Shown here: in pieces, positions 38,613-50,328 of the stretch
How the letters are laid out: each line of letters starts with the position of its first letter
Numbering within the stretch: the stretch's first letter is position 1
NCBI GenBank assembly: GCA_000004695.1
Contig: CM000151.3
Location: 576,001 to 640,000, forward strand
Direction: 5' to 3'
DNA from: Dictyostelium discoideum
Lineage: Eukaryota
Length of the DNA stretch: 64,000 nt
Position numbers and translations under genes: made by a program
The notes under the pieces: generated by a model
Told to the model about the DNA's origin: nothing
Databases searched by the model: none
Seen by the model: only the letters and a program-made list of their open reading frames with translations

Positions 38613-38710
38613 GTAAATATTTAACAACAAACAAAATAATAATAATAAAAATTTGGTAAATAATCTTTAACTAACCATTATTTAATTTTATTTTTATTTT
38701 ATTTCAAAAG

Positions 38711-38775
38711 AACCACATATCCTTTTATTTAGAAGACCACACAGCGGTATTCCAAATGATGTTGATTATTTGTAA
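38711..38775 (+). CDS. cks1: Cks1, last exon.
   Basis: EPHILLFRRPHSGIPNDVDYL followed by a stop. HxPEPHILLFRR is the CKS hallmark. Confidence 0.7.
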
Positions 38776-38953
38776 ATTACTATTTCATTTTTTTTCTTTT
38801 TTTTTAAATAATTAAAAAAAAAAAAAGAAAAAAAAAAAAAACAAAGAAAAAAAAAAAAAACAAAGAAAAACAGTTGCAAAAAAAAAGAAACAAACACAAA
38901 GAAAAAAAGTTGCAAAATAAAATAAAAAAAAAAAAAAAAAAAAATAGAAGAAG

Positions 38954-39000
<47 letters not shown>

Positions 39001-39392
39001 CAATAACAATATGTGTGTTAAGTCGCTACTTATATAAATAAAGGTTATTTAATCTAAAATAATTCATAAATAAATAAAAAACAATAATAAAAAAAAAAAA
39101 ATAAAAAAAATAAAAAAAGAATTTTCTCTTATCAAAAATTAACACATGTGTCTTCTTTGTTTTGTTTTGTTTTTTTTTTTTTTCAAACCAAATGCAATAA
39201 AACTAAAAATAATAAAAAAAGTCAAAAAAAAAAAAAAATTTAAATAAAAAAAAAATCAAAAAAATTAAAAATAATTTTGCAAAAAAACGATCGTTTTTTT
39301 TTTTTTTTTTTCTTTCCCCATTCATTCAAATAAATTCATAACATTATCAATATTAGGTATACGTATACCTATACACATATATAAAAGATAAA

Positions 39393-39448
39393 ATGAGACC
39401 TATGACAGAAGAAGAAAGTAAAACTTTCTTTGAAAAACTTATAAAATT
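39393..39448 (+). CDS. nip7: 60S ribosome biogenesis protein Nip7, exon 1.
   Basis: MRPMTEEESKTFFEKLIK, matching the NIP7 N-terminus MRPLTEEETKVMFEKL. GTATTG donor at 39449. Confidence 0.7.
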
Positions 39449-39617
39449 GTATTGTATAATTCCTTTTTTATAAAAAATAAAAAATAAAAAATAAAAAATA
39501 AAAATTATAAAAACTAATAAACTTTTTTTTTTTATCTTTATTTTTTATTTTTTATCTTATTTTATTTTTTATTTTTTATTTTTTATTTTTTATTTTTTAT
39601 TTTTTAATTTTTTTTAG

Positions 39618-40101
39618 TATTGGTAAAAATGTTACATTATTAATACAAAGAAAAGATGAACCATATTGTTTTAGAATTCAAAAGAATAAAGTATATTATG
39701 TTAGTGAAGAATTAATGAAAAGATCACAAAATATACCAAGAGAAGGATTATGTAGTTTAGGAACATGTTTTGGTCGTTTTACAAAAACAGGAAAATTTAA
39801 ATTAAATATCACTTGTTTAGATTACTTAGCACAATATGCAAAATATAAAGTTTGGGTTAAACCATCATCAGAAATGTCTTGGATGTATGGTAATAATTTA
39901 TTAAAAGCTGGTTTAGGTAGAATTACAGAAGATACACCTGCAAATCAAGGTGTTGTTTTATTCTCAATGAATGATGTACCAATTGGTTTCGGTGTTACCT
40001 CAAAATCAACTCATGAATGTAGAAAATTAGATCCACAAGCTTTAGTAGTTTATCATTATGGTGATGTTGGTGAATATTTGAGAGATGAAGATATTATGTA
40101 A
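39618..40101 (+). CDS. nip7: Nip7, exon 2 (PUA-domain part).
   Basis: [30 protein letters not shown]...[37 protein letters not shown]...[26 protein letters not shown]. Confidence 0.8.
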
Positions 40102-40263
40102 ATTCTTTTTTTTTCCCCTCTCCCACCTTATTCATTTTATAAATTATTACTAAAAAAAAAAAAAAAAAATAAAAAAAAAAAAAAAAAATAAAATAAAAAA
40201 TAAAAAAAAAAATATAAATATATAAAACAAGCAATAATTGAACTTTAAGTGATCACACAAAAG

Positions 40264-40303
<40 letters not shown>

Positions 40304-40462
40304 CATTAAAAAATTGAGAAAATAATGAAAATTATTTAAGAATGTTGGGAATTATTTTAATCACATTCCCATAATAATGTGAGTGTAATCGACCTATATT
40401 AATCAAAAAACTATTTTGAATTTAAACTTCAGAAACACAAAAAAAAGCATTATTTTTTTTAA

Positions 40463-40620
40463 AAACAAACCAAATCCAAATGGATAGTCGCAATCACTTT
40501 ATTTAGTGCGAGACGTGTCCATACTTCGATTATTAGCAACCGCAAAAAAACAAAATTTGTTGGTTGAGGCATATAGGGTATTCCTCAACCAACTCCCCCA
40601 TTTTAATTTAAAGAAAAAAA
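40463..40620 (+). ncRNA. Copy 1 of a diverged noncoding repeat pair; candidate ncRNA gene preceded by a DUSE-like motif.
   Basis: TCCCATAA at 40367-40374. Conserved block CAAACC..ATCCAAATGGATAGTCGCAATCACTTTATTTAGTGCGAGACGTGTCCATACTTCGA, then ...CAACTCCCCCATTTTAATTTAAAGAAAAAAA. Confidence 0.35.
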
Positions 40621-40733
40621 AAAAAAATAAATAAAATAAAATAAAAATTTATAAATTATAAATAAAAGGTTTATTAATTATATTTTTTTGAATATTTTAT
40701 TTTTTATTTTTAATTTTTATTTTAATTTTATTA

Positions 40734-41076
40734 TTAAGGAAAACATTTTAAAAAATTAATATTACCATTATTGTTATTATTATTATTATTATTAAATTTG
40801 AAAATTGTTAAATTTGGTAATGTTTTATATAGATTTATTATAAAACAAATAAAGATTATTAATGTTATTACATAAAATGAGTTTTTATTTATTGGTAAAT
40901 ATTTTTCAAATAAATCAATATTAATTAAAGCTCCAATGATAATTCCATTAAAGTGACCGATAATTGAAGCATTTTTAATCATAAAGCAAGAATATATTAA
41001 ACATAAAAAAGGATAGTAGGATATTATTGAATTTGTTATTAATTTAATATATATTACTAATAACCCAAAACATACA
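40734..41076 (-). CDS. Rhomboid-like protein, exon 2.
   Basis: An AG acceptor at 41077 joins in phase to give GYSCVCFGLLV. The His-box helix is ASIIGHFNGIIIGAL. Confidence 0.45.
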
Positions 41077-41173
41077 CTAATTTAATAATTTTGGTTATAT
41101 ATATAAATACAAATTAATTAATTATTATTATTATTATTATAATTATTTTTTCAATTTAAAATTATTTATTTAC

Positions 41174-41613
41174 CAAGAATAGCCAATATAATGATTATCT
41201 AAATATGATTCAATCATTTTTATTTTATTATTATTTTTATTATTATTTTTTAAATTAATTATTTTTGAAATATAAATTTCAAAAAATAATAATAAATTTG
41301 TAAAAATTATTAAAATAATATTACATTTAAAGTAGTAGTAGGAGCCTTTAATAATTTCAATTTTACTTGTATTCCATATTGATATAGAATTTAATATTAA
41401 ATGAATTATATTTGAATGTGAAAATGTTGAAGAAATTACTCTCCAATATTGTCCTCCAATTATTTCCTTATAATTAAATGATACCTTTTCTGTACTAATA
41501 TCATAAGCGAAATGATTAAACCATATTAAAACATTTATAATTAAAATTATTGATGTTATTGGACATTGTTTAATTTCAATAAAAAATTCATTATTTAATA
41601 AAACTTCATTCAT
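41174..41613 (-). CDS. Rhomboid-like intramembrane protein, exon 1.
   Basis: YWRVISSTFSHSNIIHLILNSISIW matches the rhomboid TM2 region. It ends in ...HYIGYS. GTAAAT donor at 41173 on the minus strand. Confidence 0.5.
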
Positions 41614-41646
41614 TATTTTAATACAATTTTGATTTAATTTAAATTA

Positions 41647-41679
<33 letters not shown>

Positions 41680-41922
41680 TGTTTGTGTGTGTATGTGTTT
41701 TTTTATTTTTTATTTAATTTAAATATATATTTAATTTAATTTAATTTATTTATTTATTTATTTATTTATTGTTTTTAATTAATTTAATTTTTTTTTTTTC
41801 TTATTATTTTCTTTTTTTTTTTATTTTTATTTTTTTTTATTTTCAAATTTAAATATTCCCATAACAATTAAATGGTGATTAATATTATTTAAAAGCAAAT
41901 TAATTTATATATAACCTTTAGA

Positions 41923-42115
41923 ATCAAACCCTCATCTCAATGAATAGTCGCCATCACTTTATTTAGTGCAAGACATATTCATACTTCGAAATATTTTCAA
42001 AACTAAAAAACTTTGTTGTTGTTTGGTGATGTTGTTGAAAAAGGGAGCTCTTTTTATTTTTACACATCTCAAACTCAACTCCCTTTTAAAATAAAGAAAA
42101 AAAACCTGATGCTAA
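41923..42115 (+). ncRNA. Copy 2 of the diverged noncoding repeat pair; candidate ncRNA gene preceded by a DUSE-like motif.
   Basis: TCCCATAA at 41857-41864, 66 nt upstream. CAAACCCTCATCTCAATGAATAGTCGCCATCACTTTATTTAGTGCAAGACATATTCATACTTCGA ... CAACTCCCTTTTAAAATAAAGAAAAAAAA. Confidence 0.35.
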
Positions 42116-42266
42116 AATAAAATGGAAAATATTAAAATTTGTAAATGAACATCTTTTATATTTTTTTTACATTTTATTTATTTCATATATTTTTTTTTGG
42201 GAATTTTACAAAAATGTTCTTTTATTTCATATATATTTTTCTATATAATATTTTAATTATATCAAA

Positions 42267-42339
42267 GCCCGTTTAGCAAAGTTGGAATTGCGGCAGCCTT
42301 CTAAGCTGCAGGTCGTGGGATCGAGACCCACAATGGGTG
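42267..42339 (+). tRNA. tRNA-Arg, anticodon UCU.
   Basis: Cloverleaf folds by hand. Acceptor GCCCGTT/AATGGGT, D stem GCAA/TTGC, anticodon stem GCAGC/GCTGC, loop CTTCTAA, T stem GTGGG/CCCAC, discriminator G. A T9 terminator follows directly. Confidence 0.8.
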
Positions 42340-42373
42340 AATTTTTTTTTAAAACTCGACAATAAAGTCGTAG

Positions 42374-42383
42374 GTTCGATTCC
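42374..42383 (+). promoter_or_regulatory. External B box (exB, GGTTCGATTCC) downstream of the tRNA gene.
   Basis: A perfect pol III B-box consensus lies about 45 nt after the tRNA 3' end. External B boxes at this position are a known feature of Dictyostelium tRNA genes. Confidence 0.55.
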
Positions 42384-42399
42384 TTGAAGAATTTACAAA

Positions 42400-44036
42400 A
42401 GATGAAGAAATTCATATTAATAAAATAATCTCATGGTTTATGAATTCTCCCGCAAATTCTGAATCACCAACTCTCAATACCAATTCCATTGAAAATAACA
42501 CATCAACCATCCATTCACGTGCAAAAATACCTTTGATGTGTTATGATAGATCATTAAAACCATTAAAAGAAGGTGGTTGGGGTATGTGGAATATACAATT
42601 ACGACAAGTTGCTCAAAAGATTTGGATATACAACAGATTTTTACAAATGCATAGATCTGCAAACAATTCAATATACATGATAAGTTGGATGGATCAAATC
42701 ATCAACAAATCAATCTCTTCTCCATACCTTATAAAAATCAAAAAAGAATGGGAAAACTATGCAACTCAAATTGGACATCTAAAAGATAAAGTTCAAATCC
42801 TACAACCAATATTAACAAAAAACCAACCCTCTCAAACATTAAACACAAATAATATTTCACTACCACCAACACTCAAAGAAATCTACTCGACAATACTAAA
42901 CAATCACCAATGCAAATCAAAAGACTATATTGGCAAGAAATATTCAGATCTACTTCTTACTTTGCACCAACAATCAATACAACTATTATGGAAATACACA
43001 TACGACCAACTTTTTGTCAAAATTCAAAAATTAAAAGATCCAAAAGGCCGTGATACAATGCAAAGATTCCATGCTAGATGTCTTCCGATTAATCATCTAC
43101 ACAACAAAGTTTGCCCCATTTGCAACAATGAAATGAATAATGATCCCTATGGTCATTTGTTTTTCAATTGTCAGCACACAATCAACTTCATAAACCACGA
43201 CAAATTAAAATATTTTATATATAAAAATTGCAATGGAAACAAAAACTGGTCACTAACAAAAAACCAAACAACAAAATTATACACACTCATTTATAAACCA
43301 CAAACAAACAACAAAGCATTTAAACCAGATCCAACTATCAATATTAATTTTCATTTTGCAGAAAACGCACAATATAAAAAATACAGGTTCAACTGGAATT
43401 ATATAAACACAAATCTTGATCTAGTCAGAACACATGCATATTGGAACATAATCTCATTAGTTATTCACCAAATATGGATATGGTTATGCAAATCATTATT
43501 TGACATCAATATAACTCAATCAATTGATAATTGGAACAACCAAATAAACAACACAACACTAGATTATGATATATTAAAATCAAAATGGCACAAGCTAATA
43601 AGATTGGAATATTCAAGAACTTTATCAAACTTTAACCAATACTCAATTAAAAACAACCTCACAAAAACTCAAAAAGAAACCCAATGGTCCGAAACCATCA
43701 AAAAATTTAAAAAAGAATGGAGCATAAACACTAATGAACATACTATTTTAAATTCACAAAAACTAAAAAACCTAAAATAAATAAATAAAAATAACATACT
43801 AATTGTATACTACAATAGTTTATTTATATCAAAAAAAAAAAAAAAAAAAAATATTTATTCGACAAAATCAAAAAACAACACCCAAATCTAATCTCAATTT
43901 TTGTAGTTCTCTTTTGATGCAGAGTTTAAAGACCAAGCATTTGCAACAATTTTAGCAATCAACGAATCCAAAAGAAGAGACGAGACACCAATACAAGAGC
44001 TCAACAACTGAACCAACCATTTTTTTAAAAAAAAAA
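42400..44036 (+). mobile_element. 5'-truncated non-LTR retrotransposon fragment of TRE3 type (tRNA-gene-targeted retroelement). It carries the C-terminal Cys/His-rich part of ORF2, a 3' UTR and an oligo(A) tail.
   Basis: 446-aa ORF 42440..43780 has no RT motifs but has CPICNNEMNNDPYGHLFFNCQHT. Oligo(A) runs at 43838-43860 and 44017-44036. It sits immediately downstream of a tRNA gene in the same orientation. Its base composition is visibly less AT-rich than the flanks. Confidence 0.55.
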
Positions 44037-44199
44037 AAAAAAAAAATATAAATTAAAATAATAAAACACATTGTTTTTTTTTTTTTTTATAATCTAATAA
44101 ACCTACTCTTTCAGTAGAATCATAGTTTTAATTTTTATTATTTATTTTTCTATTTTTGTTAAAAAAAAAAAAAAAAAAATTGTAATAAATGTTATGTTT

Positions 44200-44238
<39 letters not shown>

Positions 44239-44268
44239 CTTTTTTTTTCATTAATTTTCTCTAAATAA

Positions 44269-44457
44269 TTATATACTTGAATAACCATTTCCACCACTTG
44301 TTGAACCTGTTGCTTTTGATTTAATGAAGCCAAAACCATCAGAAATTAAACCACCTAAACTTGACCATGAATCCTTATTTGGAATTAAATCTAATCCAGA
44401 TTTTTCATTCTTAAATTTATTAATTAAAATACCACCAACTAAATAAACTGTAGTAAA
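44269..44457 (-). CDS. cln5: Cln5, exon 4 (C-terminal TM helix and tail).
   Basis: An AG acceptor at 44458-44459 joins in phase to give IIM-ILLSFTTVYLVGGILI..., then a stop. Confidence 0.5.
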   Translation of the reverse strand, partial: FTTVYLVGGILINKFKNEKSGLDLIPNKDSWSSLGGLISDGFGFIKSKATGSTSGGNGYSSI

Positions 44458-44545
44458 TGATAATAATCTATATAATATTTTTATTTTTATAATTATTAAT
44501 TATTTAATTATTTTAAATAATATAAAAAAAAAAAAAAAAACTTAC

Positions 44546-44963
44546 ATTATAATAAAAATCCAACCACCAATACCATTTTTATTATTCAAAATAATATCAT
44601 TATCACTACTATGTTGAAAATGACAACTTTCTAATAAAGTTATATTTGATAAATCTCTTTCACCTATTGGTAAAGGTGATTCAGAGTAAGCAAAACTGAA
44701 AGGACTTGAATCCAATGTAACATTATAATAATCACCATTAACATAAAGATAGAAATTTCCTTTAAATAATTCATCCAATTCTTCGATTAATCCATTGATT
44801 GTTTGATTCTTTGGTATTGAAATATTTAACATTGCTTCATAGAAACTAATTACTTCAATATTTGTTGAACCATCTTGAACATATTCAATTGATTCTCTAG
44901 TATATAATGTTACAATATCTCTAGATGCAATAATTGAATCATTTATATATTTTCCACCTAAAT
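44546..44963 (-). CDS. cln5: Cln5, exon 3.
   Basis: DIVTLYTRESIEY resembles CLN5 NYTRIFLYSGEP. FYLYVNGDYYNV resembles FYLFYNFEYW. GTAAGT donor at 44545. Confidence 0.6.
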
Positions 44964-45041
44964 CTAATTAATTATATATAATTATTATATTAATATAAAT
45001 GGTATATTAATCTTAAAAATTAAAAATTAAAATATACATAC

Positions 45042-45382
45042 TATATAAAGCATTAAAACCAGCCCAAACGAAATCATTACAAACTACACTTTTAACTAAA
45101 AGTTCATTAGTATTTCTATTTAAAACATCAAATAGTTGATAGTATGAGAGTGATTCATTATAATTTTGAGCCCAACATAAAAATGTTTCAAAGATTTCAT
45201 TATTAATTGTCATTATTTCTTTCTCTGAACTCCAATAACCTGTATTATCAATAGAATCACTAAATTGAACTTTACCACTAGTATTCCAAATGATCTCACC
45301 ATTTTCAATTTTATTTGGTAAAATTGATTCCAATACTCCTGGTACTGCTACAAAATCAACTTGATATGTTTCATTACTATTT
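45042..45382 (-). CDS. cln5: Cln5, exon 2.
   Basis: VCNDFVWAGFNALY resembles CLN5 DCSKFVLRTFNKL. AG acceptor at 45383-45384 and GTATGT donor at 45041. Confidence 0.6.
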
Positions 45383-45524
45383 CTATTATTATTTATTATT
45401 TATTATTATTATTATTAAAAAACAAATTAAAAATTAATACCACATATAAAAATATTTAAAACACACAATAGTGTGTGTGTTATTATTATTTTATTTTTAT
45501 TTATTTTTTTTTTTTTCAATTTGA

Positions 45525-45713
45525 TTGAACATACAAAGAATAAAAACCTAAACCACTATGAAAAGCATTAACATTTGCTAATAATGTTCCAAATTTTGAA
45601 AAAAATAATGGAGCTTCTAAATATAAAACAACAATCTCATCTGTATCTGTAAACCCTCTAACACTTTGTAAAATTGATATTAAAAATAAAATAAATATTA
45701 TAATTTTATTCAT
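45525..45713 (-). CDS. cln5: Cln5 (ceroid-lipofuscinosis neuronal protein 5 homologue), exon 1 with signal peptide.
   Basis: MNKIIIFILFLISILQSVRG signal peptide. YLEAPLFFSKFGTLLANVNAFHSGLGF resembles human CLN5 [32 protein letters not shown] donor at 45524 on the minus strand. Confidence 0.6.
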
Positions 45714-46206
45714 TTTTAAAATAATTGTTTGATGTATTTTATTTTATTTTATTTTTTAATTATTATTGTTTTTATTTATTCTAATTTATTTTATTTTTTT
45801 ATTTTTATTTTTTATTTTTATTTATTTATTGATTGTTTGGTTGTGTGTGTAAAAAAAAAAAAAAAAAATTATTTATCTTATATATACATGATTATTTAAA
45901 AATAAATTATTGTAAATTATTGAAACCGAAAATATCATAAAAAAAAGTGATGTCGAAATAAAAAAAAAAAAAAAAAAAAAAAGTAAAAAAAATAAAATTA
46001 AAATTAAATTAAAAAAAAAAAAAAAATATGGATAAAGACAATGTTTTTTCAAATAAAAAATCTTTTTTATCAAAAAAATGAGTTTAAACTTTTCTTTTTC
46101 CTTTTTTTTATTAGTCACTTTTTTTTTTTTTTTTAATCACTTTTTTTTTTTTTTTGACTACTTTTTTTTTATTTTTATTTTTATTTTTATAATTTTGTTT
46201 AATATA

Positions 46207-49200
46207 TTAATCAAGTGATTTTAAATTACCAAATTCATCAAAACTATAAATTAATAATTGACAAGATTCTAATGGTACCATTAAAGTTAAATTATTATTA
46301 ATTGTATTATTGCCATTATTATTGTTATTATTATTACTATTACTATCACCACTGACAGAGGTTGAAGGTTTTTGATAAGATTCATCACCACCCCATAAAT
46401 AGATATCAACGATTTTATTACTATTTGTAAAACCAGATAAATCTCTAATATCAAAGACATGAACAATCTCTAAATTTAACATTTCTCTAATAACAATTTG
46501 ATAACCACCAGCAGTTAATAAATATCTAATACCATTTTGAGATTTAGTGATTAACATTTTAACAATGATTGGTTGAACATCATTTTGTACACTTTGAATT
46601 AAATCACCATTGATTGAATATCTATAAAGTACATTATTATTACTAATTGTTGTATTTGATGATGATAATGAAGATGAAGATGATTCATCATCTCTTGTTG
46701 TTGTTGTTGTTGTTGCTGAGGAATTATAATCTGATTGAACAATTGGTAAAATTGAATTTGAATAAATGAAAAATGTTGAAGAATCATTTTCTAATATGAT
46801 TGAATGAATTGGTAATTTATTTGGATGTTGAATTGATTTAAAGAAAGTACCTTTTTTTAGAGAGTGAACATTTACTTTACCATCTTTACTAGCTGTTAAA
46901 CAAATGTCATTTGCTTTATTGATTGCAATACAAGTGATACCAAAATTATGACCACGTAAAATATGAATTGGTTTAATTGAATGATGATCGGATTGAGATT
47001 GCTCATATTCCCAAACTATGGCAGTACTATCGTCACTACCAGTTACAATCACCTTTTGTTCAATGAGTACACCACCAACACCAAGTCTACCACATTGATA
47101 CTCGTCATAGACAATACAAGTGATTGGTGATTTATGATTGATTGAGCCAGTAACCAATTTTGAACCTTCACCATGAACGATATGTAAAGTGTAATCACAT
47201 TTACCACTTGTTAATAATACTCTACTGTTACTTGGAATTTGACAGAATGGTTTACCAATTACAGATCTTAAACCAGATGATAGAGTGATTGGTTGATTTG
47301 CATTCGATGGTAATGGTTGTACACTTTGTGATACCAAGTTGGTTGAAGTTTGAGTTGAAATGGTTGAAGTCGATTCTAGATAACGATAATATTGTAAATC
47401 ATTATTTGCCTCACCAATTAGTAATACCCTATCGCCCAATAGACTATTAGCACTCGAACTATTACCAACGACACCACTAATCAAAGATGAGCCAATGCCA
47501 CCCGAATAATAATCACTCTTTGTTGGACAATAAACAAAGATGCATAATGGTGAGAAAGGTAAAGATATCAATTGTAAAGGTTTCAATCTTTTGAAAATAT
47601 CCAATTTATTTGAATAACGTTGTGGTAACGGATCACGTTGTGGATGTGGCTGATTTGGGAATAGCTGAGATGGAGTAACACCGAAATTATTGATTTGTAC
47701 TCTTGTAGCCTCTCTAAGTATCGGATCATTCATTGCACCAATATCAACACTACCTTCATAAGTTAGATGATAGAATACATTATTTGCCTTTACAGCTTCT
47801 TTACCACGTTGTTTATAACCAAATATTAAATCAATCCAATGATGAAGATTCATTGAAACATATTCCGACTCCAATGCCATACGATTTAACATTATGAAAT
47901 GGTAGGGTGACTGTTGTGCCCAGGGGGGTAGGGACACGTTATCCAATGCTTTACCATTTTGCTTGACACCAAATTCAACCCGATTTCTATTGATTAAAAA
48001 CTCTGGTAAATAAAAGAACTCTGGTGTCAACTCTTTGACATCTGATGAACTATTTAAACAATTTCTCCAACAATCAATGATTGAATCAAACATACGATCG
48101 GCATGATCGAAATGGCCACTTTGTAATTTTATGAAATGACTTGTGAACGGTTCACAACGCATCAAGAAAAACATGACACTACCACTTGAACTATAATGTG
48201 TACCATACATAAATGCTGGTATCTCTGCAGGACATTGAGTCCAACGTTCCATAAACAATTCCAATCTAGTTGGATTCAAAGCACCAATTGGTTTACTTAA
48301 ATCCCTATAAATTGATTGATCATTGATATTCAATGTATTTGAACTATTATCACCAATGATCCAAGGAAAAACCGGATACTGATTAAGATCATTATAAGTT
48401 CTACCTGCAATTGTATTCAATGTCATTAGATATTCAAAATTTGATATCTCTCTTCTCTTCCATCTTGCAGTTGGATTTAAATATTTAATTACAACTTGTT
48501 GTGGTGTCATTGGTTGATTAGAATTTGAATTGTTGGTGCTATTGTTGGCACCTATAGTACCATCAAAAAAACTAACATTATTTGTATTGATTTTAAATAT
48601 AATATCATTTGAACCATAAAGATTACCAATTAATTTTAAGATTTGAGCACAAATTGAACCTCTTGGAAAGTTTACTAATAATGATTTTCTATCGATGAAA
48701 AAGAATTCTAAAGCAGTTGGTGATAATAAATAACGTCTACATTGTACACCGATAATTTTCTTTATTTCATATTCTCTATCTTTTAAATATTTTGGTGGTA
48801 TACAATCATCTTCTTGAATTAAATTTGATGTCAATATTAATCTATCTGTAAAAATTTGTAATTTAATTCTAATTACTGACATTGGTTTAATAATTTCACC
48901 TTGTGTACTAAATTCTAATTTAATATTTTTATTATTATTATTATTATTATTACTATTATTATTACTATTACCATTATTATTATTACTAGATGGTGATGAT
49001 GATGATGATGATGTTAATGTTGACTTTTTTGGATTTAATAAATTTAATTGTTCAAATAAATTAAAATTTGAATTAACTCTATCATTATTTAATGTTGATG
49101 TTGTTGTTGTTGTTGTTGTTGTTGTAATAATATTTGTACCACCACCACCTGAATTAGTTACTGTTTGAATATTACTAAAACTTGAACTTGGTGATGATGA

Positions 49201-49272
49201 CGATGATAATGATGAAGTTGATGATGTATTTAATAATGTTTGATTAGCTGATAGTGATGTTGATCTTTTAAA

Positions 49273-49309
<37 letters not shown>

Positions 49310-49601
49310 GCTTGCTGTTGTTGGTGTTGATTTTGTGGAGTTTTTTGAGGTTTCATTATTTTTTCATCAACTAAACACCACTCAGATTCATGTTCATCAT
49401 CTAAAATTATATTATTACCATCATCATCTTTTTCTTCAATTTCAAAACCAACTAAAGTATCATTACCTAAAGAATCTGTTGAAGTTGTATGTTTTGTAAC
49501 TTTTCTCAAAATTGGATTATTCTTTAACTGTTCAACAACACTACTACTACTACCAGCATTACTAATTGAAGGTGAAGGTGGTAATTGTAATGATTGTTGA
49601 G

Positions 49602-49645
<44 letters not shown>

Positions 49646-50293
49646 TGTTGTTGTTGTTCTAATCTTAATTGTTGTTGTTGTTCCATTCTTAATTGTTGTT
49701 GACGTAATATCTTTTGATTTGATAAAGAAGCTTCAGGATGATCAGTACCATCATAATCTTTTTTCATTAAAATATTAACACGATTTGAATTTGAAATATT
49801 ATAAAGTCTCCAAATTGTTTTTTCATTATGATTTGGTTCCATTTGAAACCAAGGTGAAGACTCTTGTTGAGTTAATTGTTTAAATTTAGTATTCCATAAA
49901 TCTATAATGTATTGATTATATTGTTGAATATATTCTTGAAAATCCGATTTCCTTTGAATCTCTTGAAATTCATATTTCTGTGAGGTTGATATTGATTTAG
50001 TTAAAAGTTTATTGATTTTATAGGTGATTACATTTTGATGTTTTTGATAATTTGAATTGATTGCTTCCAAAACTTTATTTCTACGTGTCATTGTAAATGC
50101 TGATTGTAAATGAGCATTCTCATAGTGATCTTTAATTTCATGTAATTTATCTAATAATGTTATTTTTGGTAAAAGTTTATCATTAAAATATTTTAAAAAT
50201 TCTGGATGATTAATTAAATCTGTTTTTTCATTCAATGATGAAATACTATGTACAGAGAATGAAGTTTTTTCATTTTCATTATTATTTAAATTT

Positions 50294-50328
<35 letters not shown>

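Noticed and set aside
38812-39009. Poly-F 65-aa minus-strand ORF downstream of cks1.
   Set aside because: It is an oligo-A/T tract read as Phe.
49566-49778. Plus-strand ORFs made of poly-V, poly-L, poly-Y, poly-I, poly-M or poly-F. Examples are 49566-49778, 22619-23063, 26074-26385, 33262-33561, 34427-34666, 35355-35639, 53309-53515, 54077-54274 and 59740-60078.
   Set aside because: They are the opposite-strand or out-of-frame reading of (AAT)n, (CAA)n or (GAT)n coding microsatellites inside well-supported genes, so they are not genes.
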